A DNA stretch of 45,985 nucleotides, taken from the IMG/VR virus record IMGVR_UViG_3300017747_003894, positions 1 to 45,985 of that record; one strand, written 5' to 3'. Shown here piece by piece: positions 1 through 8,676 of the stretch (within the stretch, counting starts at the first letter, position 1; every line of letters starts with the position of its first letter). A model generated the notes under the pieces. It searched no databases, had not been told where the DNA came from, and saw only the letters and a list, made by a program, of their open reading frames with translations. Both the position numbers and the translations under genes were made by a program. This DNA is from a virus. Its lineage: Duplodnaviria; Caudoviricetes.

Positions 1-110
1 CCATCCATCGCGGATTTGCATAAGGCGCAGCACGGCTTCTGCGTGGCTGTTGGCTTTGATTGTGAAGCCGTATGTTGCACCATTGAATTGGTACTCACAC
101 AAGTAATCCT

Positions 111-413
111 TCATTGCTTGTCGTCCTCTAGGGCTTTGCGTGCCATGTCGGAAATATCCAGAGAGAAGCTGACATACGACACGTAGTCCCCCCTGCCTTC
201 AAACGTGTCGATCGTCTCGGCGATCGTGGTGAGCGCCACACGCAGCCGCTCCGCGCGGAGTTTAAGGTTTCCAAACTCCACCAGCGTTTTGGCGTGCGCG
301 TTGTTGGCTTCTGACACCTCACCCTCAAGGGCTTCGATGGCAGCAACGTCATCCTCGCCCAGCCAGCCACGAGCAAGAGCGTCACGAATTCTGGTCACAA
401 GGTCACTGCTCAT
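111..413 (-). CDS. Hypothetical early-region protein (coiled-coil, ends ARKALEDDKQ)
   Basis: ORF 111..464. Start moved to the ATG at 413, which overlaps the stop of the upstream gene (ATGA coupling). Confidence 0.6.
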   Translation of the reverse strand: MSSDLVTRIRDALARGWLGEDDVAAIEALEGEVSEANNAHAKTLVEFGNLKLRAERLRVALTTIAETIDTFEGRGDYVSYVSFSLDISDMARKALEDDKQ

Positions 414-850
414 TCGCTGCCCTCTGGGAATTTGTACTTGATTGCCTTCTCGCAAAGCGGGCACGTGTCGCCGCCGTAGTTCTCATTCATCAGCCACTTC
501 GTGCTGCATGATGTTTTGAAGCCCCACGATGTTCGGAGTTTCTCCCATTGACAAAAGTCGGCGGCGGGGGTGCAGGAAAGTCCATCTTTTGCAGTGTAAA
601 GGCTAACCACCGCATCAGACTGCCGCTCATCCTCACGGGTAGAGCCACCCGCCGCCTTCACCTCGCCATCGCTGGCGAGGATTTCGTTCAGGGCGTCAAT
701 CATATTCTCGCCCTCATCCCAATCGCACTTGCTCAACTCATCCCGCAGCGCCTCAACAACGGCCTTCACACCTATGCGGTGCTCCGCAGCGCGCCGGGGT
801 CTGCCCAAAATCGCGGCGTCATAAACCAGCATCAAGTCTTCGAGTGTCAT
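410..850 (-). CDS. Hypothetical protein with C-terminal Cys cluster (possible Zn ribbon)
   Basis: 146-aa ORF, ATGA-coupled to both neighbours; C...C...CPLC at the C-terminus. Confidence 0.6.
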   Translation of the reverse strand: MTLEDLMLVYDAAILGRPRRAAEHRIGVKAVVEALRDELSKCDWDEGENMIDALNEILASDGEVKAAGGSTREDERQSDAVVSLYTAKDGLSCTPAADFCQWEKLRTSWGFKTSCSTKWLMNENYGGDTCPLCEKAIKYKFPEGSE

Positions 851-1155
851 GGCTTCACCGCTCCGTTGCGCGCGACCATCACCGACTGCAGCCGGCCGCT
901 GTCGCCTGGGCGGAGCGCGACGATCTCGATCAGTCCCTTGTCCTTCAGCGCCTTGTAGCGGGCGGTGACGGACGAGTAAGCGAGGTCGGGGAACAGGCGG
1001 CGCACCTCGTCGGAGATGCAGCCGCGCTTGCCGAACGAGGCGATGGCTTCCAGCACCATGCCTTCAAGGATGGATGGCTTGATGCTGGACGCCGCCGCGC
1101 GTGATGTTTCCGGATCCGTGCGCCGGCAGAGGGCTTCGATGGGGGTGTCTTCCAT
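847..1155 (-). CDS. Putative winged-helix DNA-binding protein
   Basis: MEDTPIEALCRRTDPETSRAAA... followed by a wHTH-like segment (SSVTARYKALKDKGLIE); GGAGG RBS upstream of ATG 1155. Confidence 0.6.
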   Translation of the reverse strand: MEDTPIEALCRRTDPETSRAAASSIKPSILEGMVLEAIASFGKRGCISDEVRRLFPDLAYSSVTARYKALKDKGLIEIVALRPGDSGRLQSVMVARNGAVKP

Positions 1156-1156
1156 C

Positions 1157-2188
1157 TCACCCTCCCGCCAGCACGTTGAACGAATCCAACTTCTCGTTGA
1201 CCAGATCCTGCAGCTGGGTTGCAAGGTCCGCATTGTACCGGACGAGCCGGTCAATCTTCGTGGCGTTGGCGTTCTGCCAGGCGATGAGATCCTTCTGCGT
1301 GGCGCAGGCCATGACCTCGGCTTCGGCTTCGACCTTCCACTCGGTCGCCGTCTTGTTCTTCGACGATGCCTTTGGGGCAGGCGGGGGTTCGTCGGTCTTG
1401 GGTTCCGACCCTGGGTGGCCGCGGCCTGTCTTCGATCCCTTCGCCCACTCGGCGAGCGCCGTGCCGTGCGCCTCGTCCAGTGCGCGGCCGTCGGCGAACA
1501 GCTTCTCGAACTGGCGGGGGAGTTTCATCATCAGCTTCTCGCCGACCTGATCGCTCTTCCACTGCGGCACGCCCTTGGCTTGGGGTGGCAGCAGGCAGTT
1601 CAGCGTCATCTCGAACAGCATCTCGTCGCCCGCGATCGGCATCCACCCGAGCTCCTGGATGCCGCCACCCTTCACCGGCTTCGTCTTCTCTTTCGCGCGG
1701 AAGCAGAAGATGAAGTTGGCGTTGAGTTGCAGCATGCCGCTGATCAGGCGTCGCCGGTTGCCGGCGGGCTTGATCCACGCCGCCATCTTCACGCGCTCCT
1801 GCTTGGCCCAATCGTTGCCGGCCATGCGCTCGACTTCCTTGCCGTGGCTGTCGAGGTAGCCGCCTTCGCCTTCGTGTTCGTGGCTCATGCTGTCGACCAC
1901 GATCACGCCCGCCCCCTGCTTCACGCAGTAGCGCAGGGCCTCGAGGTAGTCGACGCTGCCGAACGGGGCGCCGAAGGGCACGTGCTGGAACTTGAACTGG
2001 TCAGCGTAGTGCAGCGAGCGGCGGGACTCCGTGTCGATCACGAAGATGTCGCCGCCGCTGACCTGCTGGATCCCGGTCGCGAGGCGCAGCGCGGAGTAGG
2101 TCTTGCCGCCACCGCTTGGCCCCATCACGCCGACGAGCAGGGGGACCTGGTCGCGATGGGCGGGGGTGTTGGTGAAGATGCGGGTCAT
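1157..2188 (-). CDS. AAA/RecA-fold ATPase, Sak4-like single-strand annealing protein
   Basis: Walker A GPSGGGKT, VIDTE motif, Walker B VIVVDSMSHE; lies next to the exonuclease gene. Confidence 0.75.
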   Translation of the reverse strand: MTRIFTNTPAHRDQVPLLVGVMGPSGGGKTYSALRLATGIQQVSGGDIFVIDTESRRSLHYADQFKFQHVPFGAPFGSVDYLEALRYCVKQGAGVIVVDSMSHEHEGEGGYLDSHGKEVERMAGNDWAKQERVKMAAWIKPAGNRRRLISGMLQLNANFIFCFRAKEKTKPVKGGGIQELGWMPIAGDEMLFEMTLNCLLPPQAKGVPQWKSDQVGEKLMMKLPRQFEKLFADGRALDEAHGTALAEWAKGSKTGRGHPGSEPKTDEPPPAPKASSKNKTATEWKVEAEAEVMACATQKDLIAWQNANATKIDRLVRYNADLATQLQDLVNEKLDSFNVLAGG

Positions 2189-2442
2189 GGCAGCACCTTC
2201 ACCAGCTTGTACTCCACATTGGCCTCGTTGATACCCGGCTGGAACGGCTCCCAGAGATTGCCGTCAGGTCCGCACTTGCTGGTCGCTCCGCCGAAGTCCC
2301 TGCGCTCCGTATCGCACCACGTTGCCAACTCCCCTGACACCGGGTTGTACTTCCCGATGTCGGGCTGAACGCATTGCGCGTACCGGATGTTCAAGCCTGC
2401 CTCGAGGCGCATCCACTTGCAGTCCTTGCAGAACTTCATCAT
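2185..2442 (-). CDS. Small Cys-rich hypothetical protein
   Basis: MMKFCKDCKW...C...WC...CGPDG; overlapping stop/start with neighbours. Confidence 0.6.
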   Translation of the reverse strand: MMKFCKDCKWMRLEAGLNIRYAQCVQPDIGKYNPVSGELATWCDTERRDFGGATSKCGPDGNLWEPFQPGINEANVEYKLVKVLP

Positions 2443-2561
2443 TGGAAACCTCCGATCAGGTAGACGACGCCCCACTTCACGACAGCGAGGGTGACGACGA
2501 GCAGGGCTGCGAGAAACAGCACGCTGAAGATTGCAGACAGGGCGAGTTCGACATTCTTCAC
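2439..2561 (-). CDS. Small single-pass membrane protein
   Basis: GTG start overlaps the exonuclease stop, preceded by GGAGG; hydrophobic stretch LALSAIFSVLFLAALLVVTLAVV. Confidence 0.5.
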   Translation of the reverse strand: MKNVELALSAIFSVLFLAALLVVTLAVVKWGVVYLIGGFQ

Positions 2562-3436
2562 GCTGCTTCCTCCACCTTGATCGTCGAATCCGTCATCTCC
2601 CGGTTCAGCCAGGCAGACTCGTCCCACGAGGGACGCTCGGTCAGGGTGCGGCTGGATTGGTAAGCGGGCCATTGGTTCTTCCTCAGTGCGCGGTCCCACA
2701 GGTTCACCGCTGCGTGCATCTTCTTGCGGGCAATCGACAGCGTGCCCTCGCTGACCTGCAGCATCGAGTAGGCGAACGGTGGCTCACTCTCGACGAACAG
2801 GTAGATGATCTCGCGCTTGCCCATGCCGTCCTCGTCCAGGCTGTCGGCCGCGCGCTCGAGGAATGCCGCTTGCAGGTCGTAACCCTGGCTGAAGAACTGG
2901 CGGTTCGCGTCGCGTGCGTTGGTGCCGGTGACCTTCAGGTCCACGATCAGCCGGCGGTCGGGCGTCATCGCATCGGGGCGGGACCGGCACCACGTCGGAC
3001 CGTGCTTGAAGATGATCGTGTGTTCGAAGTCGAAGGCCTGCTTCGTCAGGTCGACGAGGGCGCCTGTCACGACATCGGCAATCGCCGTCGCGCGCAGATG
3101 TTCCTCGCGCAGCAGGGGGACGCCGCCGTCCATCAGCGTGCGATCGCGCAGGCTCTTGGCGTCCTTCGTCGTGTAGCCATCGGCGTCGATCACCGCGATG
3201 TGCGGGCCACCGAAGACCATTGCGTGCACCGCGGATCCGAAGTTGGCCTGCCGCGAGAAGTCCTGCTCGAGCGCGATGGCCGGGTTGAAGCGGGCATGCT
3301 GCAGGCGGGCGTGCGCCAGCGACCGGTCGAGGATCGTGTTGGCCACCGACGATGACAGCGTTGGCGTCTCGCACAGGCGGTCGAACACGTAGTCGTCGAT
3401 GCTGATCGACGGGTAGATTCCAGGAGTGAGGTTCAT
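2558..3436 (-). CDS. PD-(D/E)XK exonuclease, RecE/ExoVIII-like
   Basis: PGIY...Y...LSSS N-terminus, FGSAVH, CRSRPD...IVDLK, YDLQAAF motifs. Confidence 0.8.
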   Translation of the reverse strand: MNLTPGIYPSISIDDYVFDRLCETPTLSSSVANTILDRSLAHARLQHARFNPAIALEQDFSRQANFGSAVHAMVFGGPHIAVIDADGYTTKDAKSLRDRTLMDGGVPLLREEHLRATAIADVVTGALVDLTKQAFDFEHTIIFKHGPTWCRSRPDAMTPDRRLIVDLKVTGTNARDANRQFFSQGYDLQAAFLERAADSLDEDGMGKREIIYLFVESEPPFAYSMLQVSEGTLSIARKKMHAAVNLWDRALRKNQWPAYQSSRTLTERPSWDESAWLNREMTDSTIKVEEAA

Positions 3437-3597
3437 TCCAAGGTTCCTTTGAAGGGGATCGAATACGTCATTGGGCATTGGGGGCGCTGCTTCGTGGACG
3501 CCTTGGCGAACCCGAGGGTGTAGCCGTAGACGATCAGCAGGCAGCAGCTGGCGAGGACCACCGCGATGGCGCTCGCCCACTCGAGGGGCCTCACCAT
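3433..3597 (-). CDS. Small membrane protein (54 aa, not in ORF track)
   Basis: Manual translation MVRPLEWASAIAVVLASCCLLIVYGYTLGF...; fills the gap, and its TGA overlaps the exonuclease ATG. Confidence 0.5.
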   Translation of the reverse strand: MVRPLEWASAIAVVLASCCLLIVYGYTLGFAKASTKQRPQCPMTYSIPFKGTLE

Positions 3598-4124
3598 TGG
3601 GCTGTCTCCTGCACCTGGGGGGATCCGATGTTCAGCGCGCGCAGGACTTCATCGCGGTCGAAAAGCAGCTGGTTGCCGCGTTCGATGGGCGGCGGGAACT
3701 TGCCCTCGGCAATGCGGCGCCTGAGTTTCGCCGGCCCGAAGCCTGCGAGTGCGCAGACCTCCTGCGTGTACAGGCGCACCGACAGGCGGTCGATGTTCTG
3801 CACGGCCTGCGTCTGCAGCGTCTGGAACGTCTGGTCGTTCAGCCGCTCGCCTTCCTGCATCAGGTAGTGGAACTTGAGCGCATAGTCTTCGTCGTTCAGG
3901 GCCATCGCCTGGGACTTCTTCACGCCGTGGATCACGGTCGTGTGGTCCATGCCCCAGATGCGGGCGATCTGCGGGAAGGACCACGCCTTGAGTTCACGCA
4001 GCGCATGCATGACAGCCTGGCGTGGCACCACGTTATGGTGGAAGCGGTTGCGCCCCATCAGGTCGCGGTACTCGGTGCCCCACAGGTTGGCGGCAACGAG
4101 GCAGAGGTTCTCGCTGAAGGTCAT
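3591..4124 (-). CDS. DnaA domain-IV-like HTH fused to AlpA/excisionase-like HTH
   Basis: N-half PRQAVMHALRE..WSFPQIARIWGMDHTTVIHGVKK (DnaA C-terminal signature). C-half LYTQEVCALAGFGPAKLRRRIAEGKFPPPI...LLFDRDEV (AlpA/Xis). Confidence 0.7.
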   Translation of the reverse strand: MTFSENLCLVAANLWGTEYRDLMGRNRFHHNVVPRQAVMHALRELKAWSFPQIARIWGMDHTTVIHGVKKSQAMALNDEDYALKFHYLMQEGERLNDQTFQTLQTQAVQNIDRLSVRLYTQEVCALAGFGPAKLRRRIAEGKFPPPIERGNQLLFDRDEVLRALNIGSPQVQETAQW

Positions 4125-4444
4125 CAGGCCCTCCCCGAGTAGACGAGTTCGGATTCGAAGTGCTGGCACTGCGTCTTGCACATGCGCACTTCCTGCGTCA
4201 GCAGTTCAGCGTAGGCGGTGAACGCCGGCACGCTCGAGCGGTCGACCTGCATGCCCGTCTCGATGATCAGGCCCTTGGCGGCGACGAGCGCGGCCTTGCT
4301 GACCAGCTGCAGGATGGCGTCGTTCTCGCGCCCGTACTTGATCGCCGTTTCCTTGATCGCCTTCTGCACGGCGCCGACAGTGGCGGCGAACAGGGCAACG
4401 TCTTCGGGTGACCAATCGGTCTGGATGTCGGTGCTGAGGATCAT
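4124..4444 (-). CDS. Hypothetical protein
   Basis: 106-aa ORF, translationally coupled on both sides. Confidence 0.6.
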   Translation of the reverse strand: MILSTDIQTDWSPEDVALFAATVGAVQKAIKETAIKYGRENDAILQLVSKAALVAAKGLIIETGMQVDRSSVPAFTAYAELLTQEVRMCKTQCQHFESELVYSGRA

Positions 4445-4674
4445 GGGCGCACCGCCGGGTGGCCATAGCGGCGCATCGCTTCGTCCATCAGCTTGCCCTG
4501 GAGGTTGAACCCAAGGCTGAACACGACCGCGACCGTCGACACAGCCACGTCGGGCTGCACCTTCTGGTCTTCGATCAGTTCCCTGATGACGGTGACGGCA
4601 GTAGTTTCAGAGCGATTGCGCAGGTTGCGCAGGCGCTCGAGTGCGTGCTTGTACGCGAAAGATTGAGGGTCCAC
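4441..4674 (-). CDS. Hypothetical protein, first gene of the leftward early operon
   Basis: GTG start with AAGGAGG RBS, immediately downstream of the PL-like promoter. Confidence 0.65.
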   Translation of the reverse strand: MDPQSFAYKHALERLRNLRNRSETTAVTVIRELIEDQKVQPDVAVSTVAVVFSLGFNLQGKLMDEAMRRYGHPAVRP

Positions 4675-4697
4675 GGGACCTCCTTGCTGCTTCGGGT

Positions 4698-4758
4698 GTG
4701 GGAATTAAAATCCCACTTAACCCTAATTGCAAGGGGGTAGCGTGAAAAAATTTCACAC
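4698..4758 (-). promoter_or_regulatory. PL-like promoter with two operators
   Basis: Minus strand TTGCAA(4732-4727)-N17-TTTAAT(4709-4704). Operators GTGGGA-ATTAAAA-TCCCAC (4698-4716) and GCGTGA-AAAAATT-TCACAC (4740-4758). Confidence 0.7.
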
Positions 4759-4760
4759 TG

Positions 4761-5363
4761 CTATTTCGAGGCGATCAGACTCGCGTCCTTCACCACCATG
4801 ACCACTGGCGCACACCACTCGATCATCACGTTCTCGATCGGGGGTGCGTTGTAGGAATGCAGGGTGTAGGTCCCAATCTTGGCGCCGCGCTGGATCCGCT
4901 TGAGGAACGCGCGCCCGTCAGTCAGCTGCACCGCACAGTCCCGGTTTAGGAACTCGTTCTCCGAGAACCCGGCCGAGCGGCTGCAGACCACGACCTCGCC
5001 CGGCTTGTACACCGGCAGGCCGCTCTCGCCGCGCACCTGGACCGCGAACAGGTCCATGTCGTCCGCGCGGATCGAGACCACCTCTTTTGAATTGGCGTCC
5101 GGATAGAATTGCTCCCCGGCACCCACGTAACCGAATGAAGGAATGCTCATTTGCTGGATCGTCGCCCCATGTTCCAACCATATGACACTCACACTCAACG
5201 CTTGGGCGATGCGAGGTAGTACATCGCCACGTGGTTTATCAATTACTCCTTGGGCGTACTTCCTTACGTTCTGTTCGTCTATACCCGTTCGGCGAGCGAG
5301 TTCGCGTTGGGTCCACCCCAATTGCTTGAGGCGCTTCATCATGCGTTCGGACCAATGTGTCAT
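4761..5363 (-). CDS. cI: CI-like repressor (XRE HTH + S24 autopeptidase)
   Basis: HTH WTQRELARRTGIDEQNVRKY; VGAG cleavage site; GES catalytic Ser; FLKRI catalytic Lys; divergent from a cro-like gene. Confidence 0.85.
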   Translation of the reverse strand: MTHWSERMMKRLKQLGWTQRELARRTGIDEQNVRKYAQGVIDKPRGDVLPRIAQALSVSVIWLEHGATIQQMSIPSFGYVGAGEQFYPDANSKEVVSIRADDMDLFAVQVRGESGLPVYKPGEVVVCSRSAGFSENEFLNRDCAVQLTDGRAFLKRIQRGAKIGTYTLHSYNAPPIENVMIEWCAPVVMVVKDASLIASK

Positions 5364-5422
5364 GTGGCGACTCCCGACCTGTCGGTAACCGAACGGTTTT
5401 TGCACAAGCGAGCGCACAGATG

Positions 5423-5466
5423 GTGTGAGTAATAATCTTGCGAACGGGATTTTATTTCCCTACCCT
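5423..5466 (+). promoter_or_regulatory. PR-like promoter with two degenerate operators
   Basis: TTGCGA(5438-5443)-N17-TACCCT(5461-5466), 7 nt before ATG 5474 (probably leaderless). Operators at 5423-5441 and 5444-5462. Confidence 0.6.
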
Positions 5467-5473
5467 GATTCGC

Positions 5474-5695
5474 ATGAAGATCGTGTTCACACCCAGGCAA
5501 ATCGTGCAGCGGATCGGGAAGACCGCTTTGTGCAAACAATTGAAGGTGTCCGGAGAGGCACCGCGCAAGTGGTACGCGCAGGGAATTCCTACGCGCCACT
5601 GGCCCGCACTCGTGCGCGCGCACAGCGACTGGCTGACCTACGAGATTCTGGAAAAGGCCACTGAGATTGCGCGGCTTCCAATCAAGAAACGGTAG
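5474..5695 (+). CDS. cro: Cro-like HTH regulator
   Basis: Small basic protein divergent from cI: IVQRIGKTALCKQLKVSGEAPRKWYAQGIPTRHW. Confidence 0.7.
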   Translation: MKIVFTPRQIVQRIGKTALCKQLKVSGEAPRKWYAQGIPTRHWPALVRAHSDWLTYEILEKATEIARLPIKKR

Positions 5696-5753
5696 CTGCA
5701 TGGCGGTGCCTTTCACCTAGCCTGTCCACAGATATAATACGGAGTGTCCACAA

Positions 5754-5969
5754 ATGCCAATGATCCTTATCAAGTTGAAGTGCGAAATTAATGTGTCGAC
5801 GGATCTCGACGACCAAATTGCCAGCATGGCCAAGGTAAAATCACTCATCGACGCTGCTAAATCACAGTCGGTGACTGCAGAAACGCTCAGTGTACTGACG
5901 ACAGCAACAAACCATACGGTAGAAGCAAAATTGCTGAGTCGCTCCGCCAAAAAGGCGGACCCCGCATGA
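5754..5969 (+). CDS. Hypothetical protein
   Basis: 71-aa ORF with GGAG upstream; TGA overlaps the next ATG. Confidence 0.45.
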   Translation: MPMILIKLKCEINVSTDLDDQIASMAKVKSLIDAAKSQSVTAETLSVLTTATNHTVEAKLLSRSAKKADPA

Positions 5970-6280
5970 GAAAGATGGGCGACGGGCAGATCGACCCGAA
6001 GAAACTCTGTGCACTGATGGGTGCAGCCCTCGAGGCGCAGTCGGCCGCGGCTGAAATCACCACCGTCGTGGCCGAGGACATCAAGGAAGCCAAGCTGGCG
6101 CACGGCCTTCACACACGGGCGTTCGCCATGTGCAAGGCCATTGCACGCCTCGACCAGGTGAAGCGCATCGCGCTGCTGCAGGCCTTCGATTCCTATCGCG
6201 ACATCCTGCGGCTCGACGATGCACCGCAGGAGGAACTGCTACCTGAACCACCAACGCAGATGCGAGGCGACAATGGGTAA
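5966..6280 (+). CDS. Divergent GapR/DUF2312-like DNA-binding protein
   Basis: EDIKEAK..HGLH.RAF......RLD..KR......FDSYRDILRL resembles the GapR pattern DIK..AK..GFD...R....LY..ALG. Confidence 0.5.
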   Translation: MRKMGDGQIDPKKLCALMGAALEAQSAAAEITTVVAEDIKEAKLAHGLHTRAFAMCKAIARLDQVKRIALLQAFDSYRDILRLDDAPQEELLPEPPTQMRGDNG

Positions 6281-6599
6281 ATCACAGCGAGACAAGGGCA
6301 ACCGCCGCGAGCGGGAGTTCGTGAACTACTGGCGATCGGAAGGCTTCAAGTCCGCGCGCGTGCCGCTCTCGGGGGCCGCTGGTGGTGACTACACCGGCGA
6401 CGTGGATCTCTATGCCTACGGGCCTGATGACGGGCCGCTTGTCGGCGAAGTCAAAGCGCGGGCCAACGGGTCGGGCTTCAAGACCATCACTGCGTGGTTA
6501 AACACCAACGATTTTTTAGTACTGCACGAAGACCAGAAGCCAAGGCTCTACGTGTTCCCGGAGAAGGTCCTGCGCGACCTGCTGCGGCGCGTGCGGTGA
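6273..6599 (+). CDS. Holliday junction resolvase (Hjc-like PD-(D/E)XK)
   Basis: KG.R.ERE...G....RVP.SG....D......EVK motif set. Confidence 0.75.
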   Translation: MGKSQRDKGNRREREFVNYWRSEGFKSARVPLSGAAGGDYTGDVDLYAYGPDDGPLVGEVKARANGSGFKTITAWLNTNDFLVLHEDQKPRLYVFPEKVLRDLLRRVR

Positions 6600-6799
6600 C
6601 ACGCAACGAGCGCATCATGCGCATGTGGAAGCAGGAGGGCATGTCCTATGCCGAAATTGCGCATGAACTCGGGCTGTCGCGCAGCACAGTTGCCGGCGTC
6701 GTGTGGAGGTCAGGCTATCGACTTGACATCGTCGATCGTCTGGCCCGGCAAGCGAAGGGAAGAACAGCGGGGCACAAAAGTGGAGACAGAAATGGCTAG
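6596..6799 (+). CDS. GcrA N-terminal-like HTH protein
   Basis: IMRMWKQEGMSYAEIAHELGLSRSTVAGVVWR, resembling GcrA LW..G.SA..IA..LG..R.AV.G.VHR; GTGA coupling. Confidence 0.55.
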   Translation: MTRNERIMRMWKQEGMSYAEIAHELGLSRSTVAGVVWRSGYRLDIVDRLARQAKGRTAGHKSGDRNG

Positions 6800-7046
6800 C
6801 ATCATGACCTCAATCACTGGCGGCGTCACTAAGGCTTCATCTGAACCGATCCTGCTCAAGGCCGATATCCAGTTCACCAAGTCTGTCGTGCATCACTGCA
6901 TCCAGAACTCGGCGCGTGATTTAAACGCCGCCCTGGGCATCACCGACGAGGCGCTGCTCGACCAGTTCCTCGCCACCGATGCGGGCAAGAAGTGGACGCA
7001 GGGCTTCCGCGAATACGCCGTCTACGTCCTTTCCAAGACCGTATGA
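6792..7046 (+). CDS. Hypothetical protein
   Basis: ATG 6792 with GGAG RBS, within the replication operon. Confidence 0.55.
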   Translation: MASIMTSITGGVTKASSEPILLKADIQFTKSVVHHCIQNSARDLNAALGITDEALLDQFLATDAGKKWTQGFREYAVYVLSKTV

Positions 7047-7047
7047 C

Positions 7048-7365
7048 ATGTCAAAGCCGCATGCGCGTCACGACAGGGCGGTAGTCGCCCGCGCCACGCG
7101 CATTGCGGCCGAGACGTACAAGGTCTTCAGGCCGCAGATCCTGCAGCCTACGCGTGGCGGGCTTGCCATCTCGACGGCCCGCCAAGTTGCTCAGTACCTG
7201 GCGCACTGCTCGGGGCAGGTCCCTCTCAACCGCCTCGCCAAGCTGTTCCACCGGGACATCACCACCATCATGCACAACGTGGCGCTGATCGAGGATTGGC
7301 GAGACGCTCCTGAATTCGACGAACTCATGCAAACCCTGGAGGCTAAATTCAATGGCGCGGATTAG
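7048..7365 (+). CDS. Stand-alone DnaA domain-IV-like HTH protein
   Basis: ARQVAQYLAH......LAKLFHRDITTIMH.V..IED.RD; directly upstream of the replication initiator. Confidence 0.7.
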   Translation: MSKPHARHDRAVVARATRIAAETYKVFRPQILQPTRGGLAISTARQVAQYLAHCSGQVPLNRLAKLFHRDITTIMHNVALIEDWRDAPEFDELMQTLEAKFNGAD

Positions 7366-8128
7366 GACGATCAAGCCTGAGTTCTTTCGCCACGAGGAGC
7401 TCTACCAGGCCGAAGTCGAGAGTGGCCTGCCGCTGCGCGTGGCCTTCGCCGGCCTGTGGACCGCGTGCGATCGCGAGGGGCGTTTCAAGTGGGCGCCCAA
7501 GTCGCTGAAACTGGACTGCCTGCCATACGACGATGTCGACTTTTCACGCGTGCTCGACGCGTTGGCCACGCGTGGTTTCATCGTCAAGTACGCGTCAGAA
7601 AACAACTTCTACGGGTGCGTTCCGGGATTTGCGCGCCATCAGGTCATCAACAACCGCGAAGCACCGTCAAAACTGCCTAAGCCTTTGGAAAGCAACATCT
7701 TATTGACGCGTGACCCACGCGTGATCGACGCGTGCCCCACGCCTCTTGTGCATGCACAAGCGGAAGGGAAGGGAAGGGAAAGGAAGGGAAAGGAAGATTC
7801 AGAGGCTACGCCTCTGCGCACTTCGCGCGCCGACAGCCCCCTCGATCTCAAAAAAGAATTGTTCGACAGGGGAACCGCGTTCCTCAAGTCCAATGGCTCC
7901 AGCGACCGTGCCGCCCGCTCCGTCCTGGCCATGTGGCGCAAGTCTCACGGCGATGTCGCCGTCATCAACGCCCTCGCGGCAGCCGAGGGCGTCGCAGCCT
8001 CAGACCCCGTTGCCTACATCACCAACATTTTGAAGGATCAGCCCCGTGGAAAGACAGATTCAACCTTGGCGTCCGTCTCAAGTCTCATGCAACTCGCTTC
8101 GGACGGCCCTGACGACGAGTTGTTCTGA
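7352..8128 (+). CDS. Phage replication initiator protein
   Basis: MARIRTIKPEFF...LW..CD.EGR N-terminus typical of phage initiators; EGKGRERKGKE linker; C-terminal DPVAYI. Confidence 0.7.
   Translation: MARIRTIKPEFFRHEELYQAEVESGLPLRVAFAGLWTACDREGRFKWAPKSLKLDCLPYDDVDFSRVLDALATRGFIVKYASENNFYGCVPGFARHQVINNREAPSKLPKPLESNILLTRDPRVIDACPTPLVHAQAEGKGRERKGKEDSEATPLRTSRADSPLDLKKELFDRGTAFLKSNGSSDRAARSVLAMWRKSHGDVAVINALAAAEGVAASDPVAYITNILKDQPRGKTDSTLASVSSLMQLASDGPDDELF
7762..7797 (+). repeat. Purine-only GG(G/A)AA pentamer-type repeats inside the initiator gene
   Basis: ggaagggaagggaagggaaaggaagggaaaggaaga. Confidence 0.7.
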
Positions 8129-8666
8129 TCAGGACCTGTTGCGCCAGATCGCGCGCTTGGTGCTTCAGTTCGGCGACAGCAAGGTCCGGACCGACGAGCA
8201 ACGCCGCATGATGCTGGCCGAGTGGACTGAGGCGTTTGCGGCTCACAGCCCAACCCACCTGCACACGGCTGTGTCGCAAGCCATTCAGACCTGCAAGTTC
8301 TGGCCATCGATTGCCGAGATCATGGAGCCCTTGCGCGGCATTCGACGCGAGGCCGTTTCTACACTCGATGTCATCGCCGGCACCGGGCGGTGGAAAGAAA
8401 ATTACCAGTTCGAGCGTGAAGGCCGAAGCAAAGCCGAAGAAGTCATCCACCGGGCGGCGCAATGCCTGAAATGGAAGGGCGACATCCGGGCGGAATTCTC
8501 GAAAGGTCTGCCGGCCGAAGTCGAAACAGCCAATGTGCGCCCCGCGTCGACGGACACGGTTGTCTCCGCCACCACGCTGAACTCATGCGCTGCACGACGT
8601 GCGCGGCGGTTACCAACCTGTGGTGCAGATTGCAGTCGGCATTCGTGCGAATTGCGGTCGCCTTAA
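8046..8666 (+). CDS. Putative helicase loader/inhibitor-type replication protein (start uncertain)
   Basis: W...F......L..AV...I.TCKFWPSIAEI motif, downstream of the initiator. Confidence 0.55.
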   Translation: MERQIQPWRPSQVSCNSLRTALTTSCSDQDLLRQIARLVLQFGDSKVRTDEQRRMMLAEWTEAFAAHSPTHLHTAVSQAIQTCKFWPSIAEIMEPLRGIRREAVSTLDVIAGTGRWKENYQFEREGRSKAEEVIHRAAQCLKWKGDIRAEFSKGLPAEVETANVRPASTDTVVSATTLNSCAARRARRLPTCGADCSRHSCELRSP

Positions 8667-8676
8667 ATTCGCCCAA

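Noticed and set aside
4705-4720. Possible CtrA box (TTAA...TTAA)
   Set aside because: Spacer is 8 nt rather than the canonical 7, and the site is explained by the operator/promoter.
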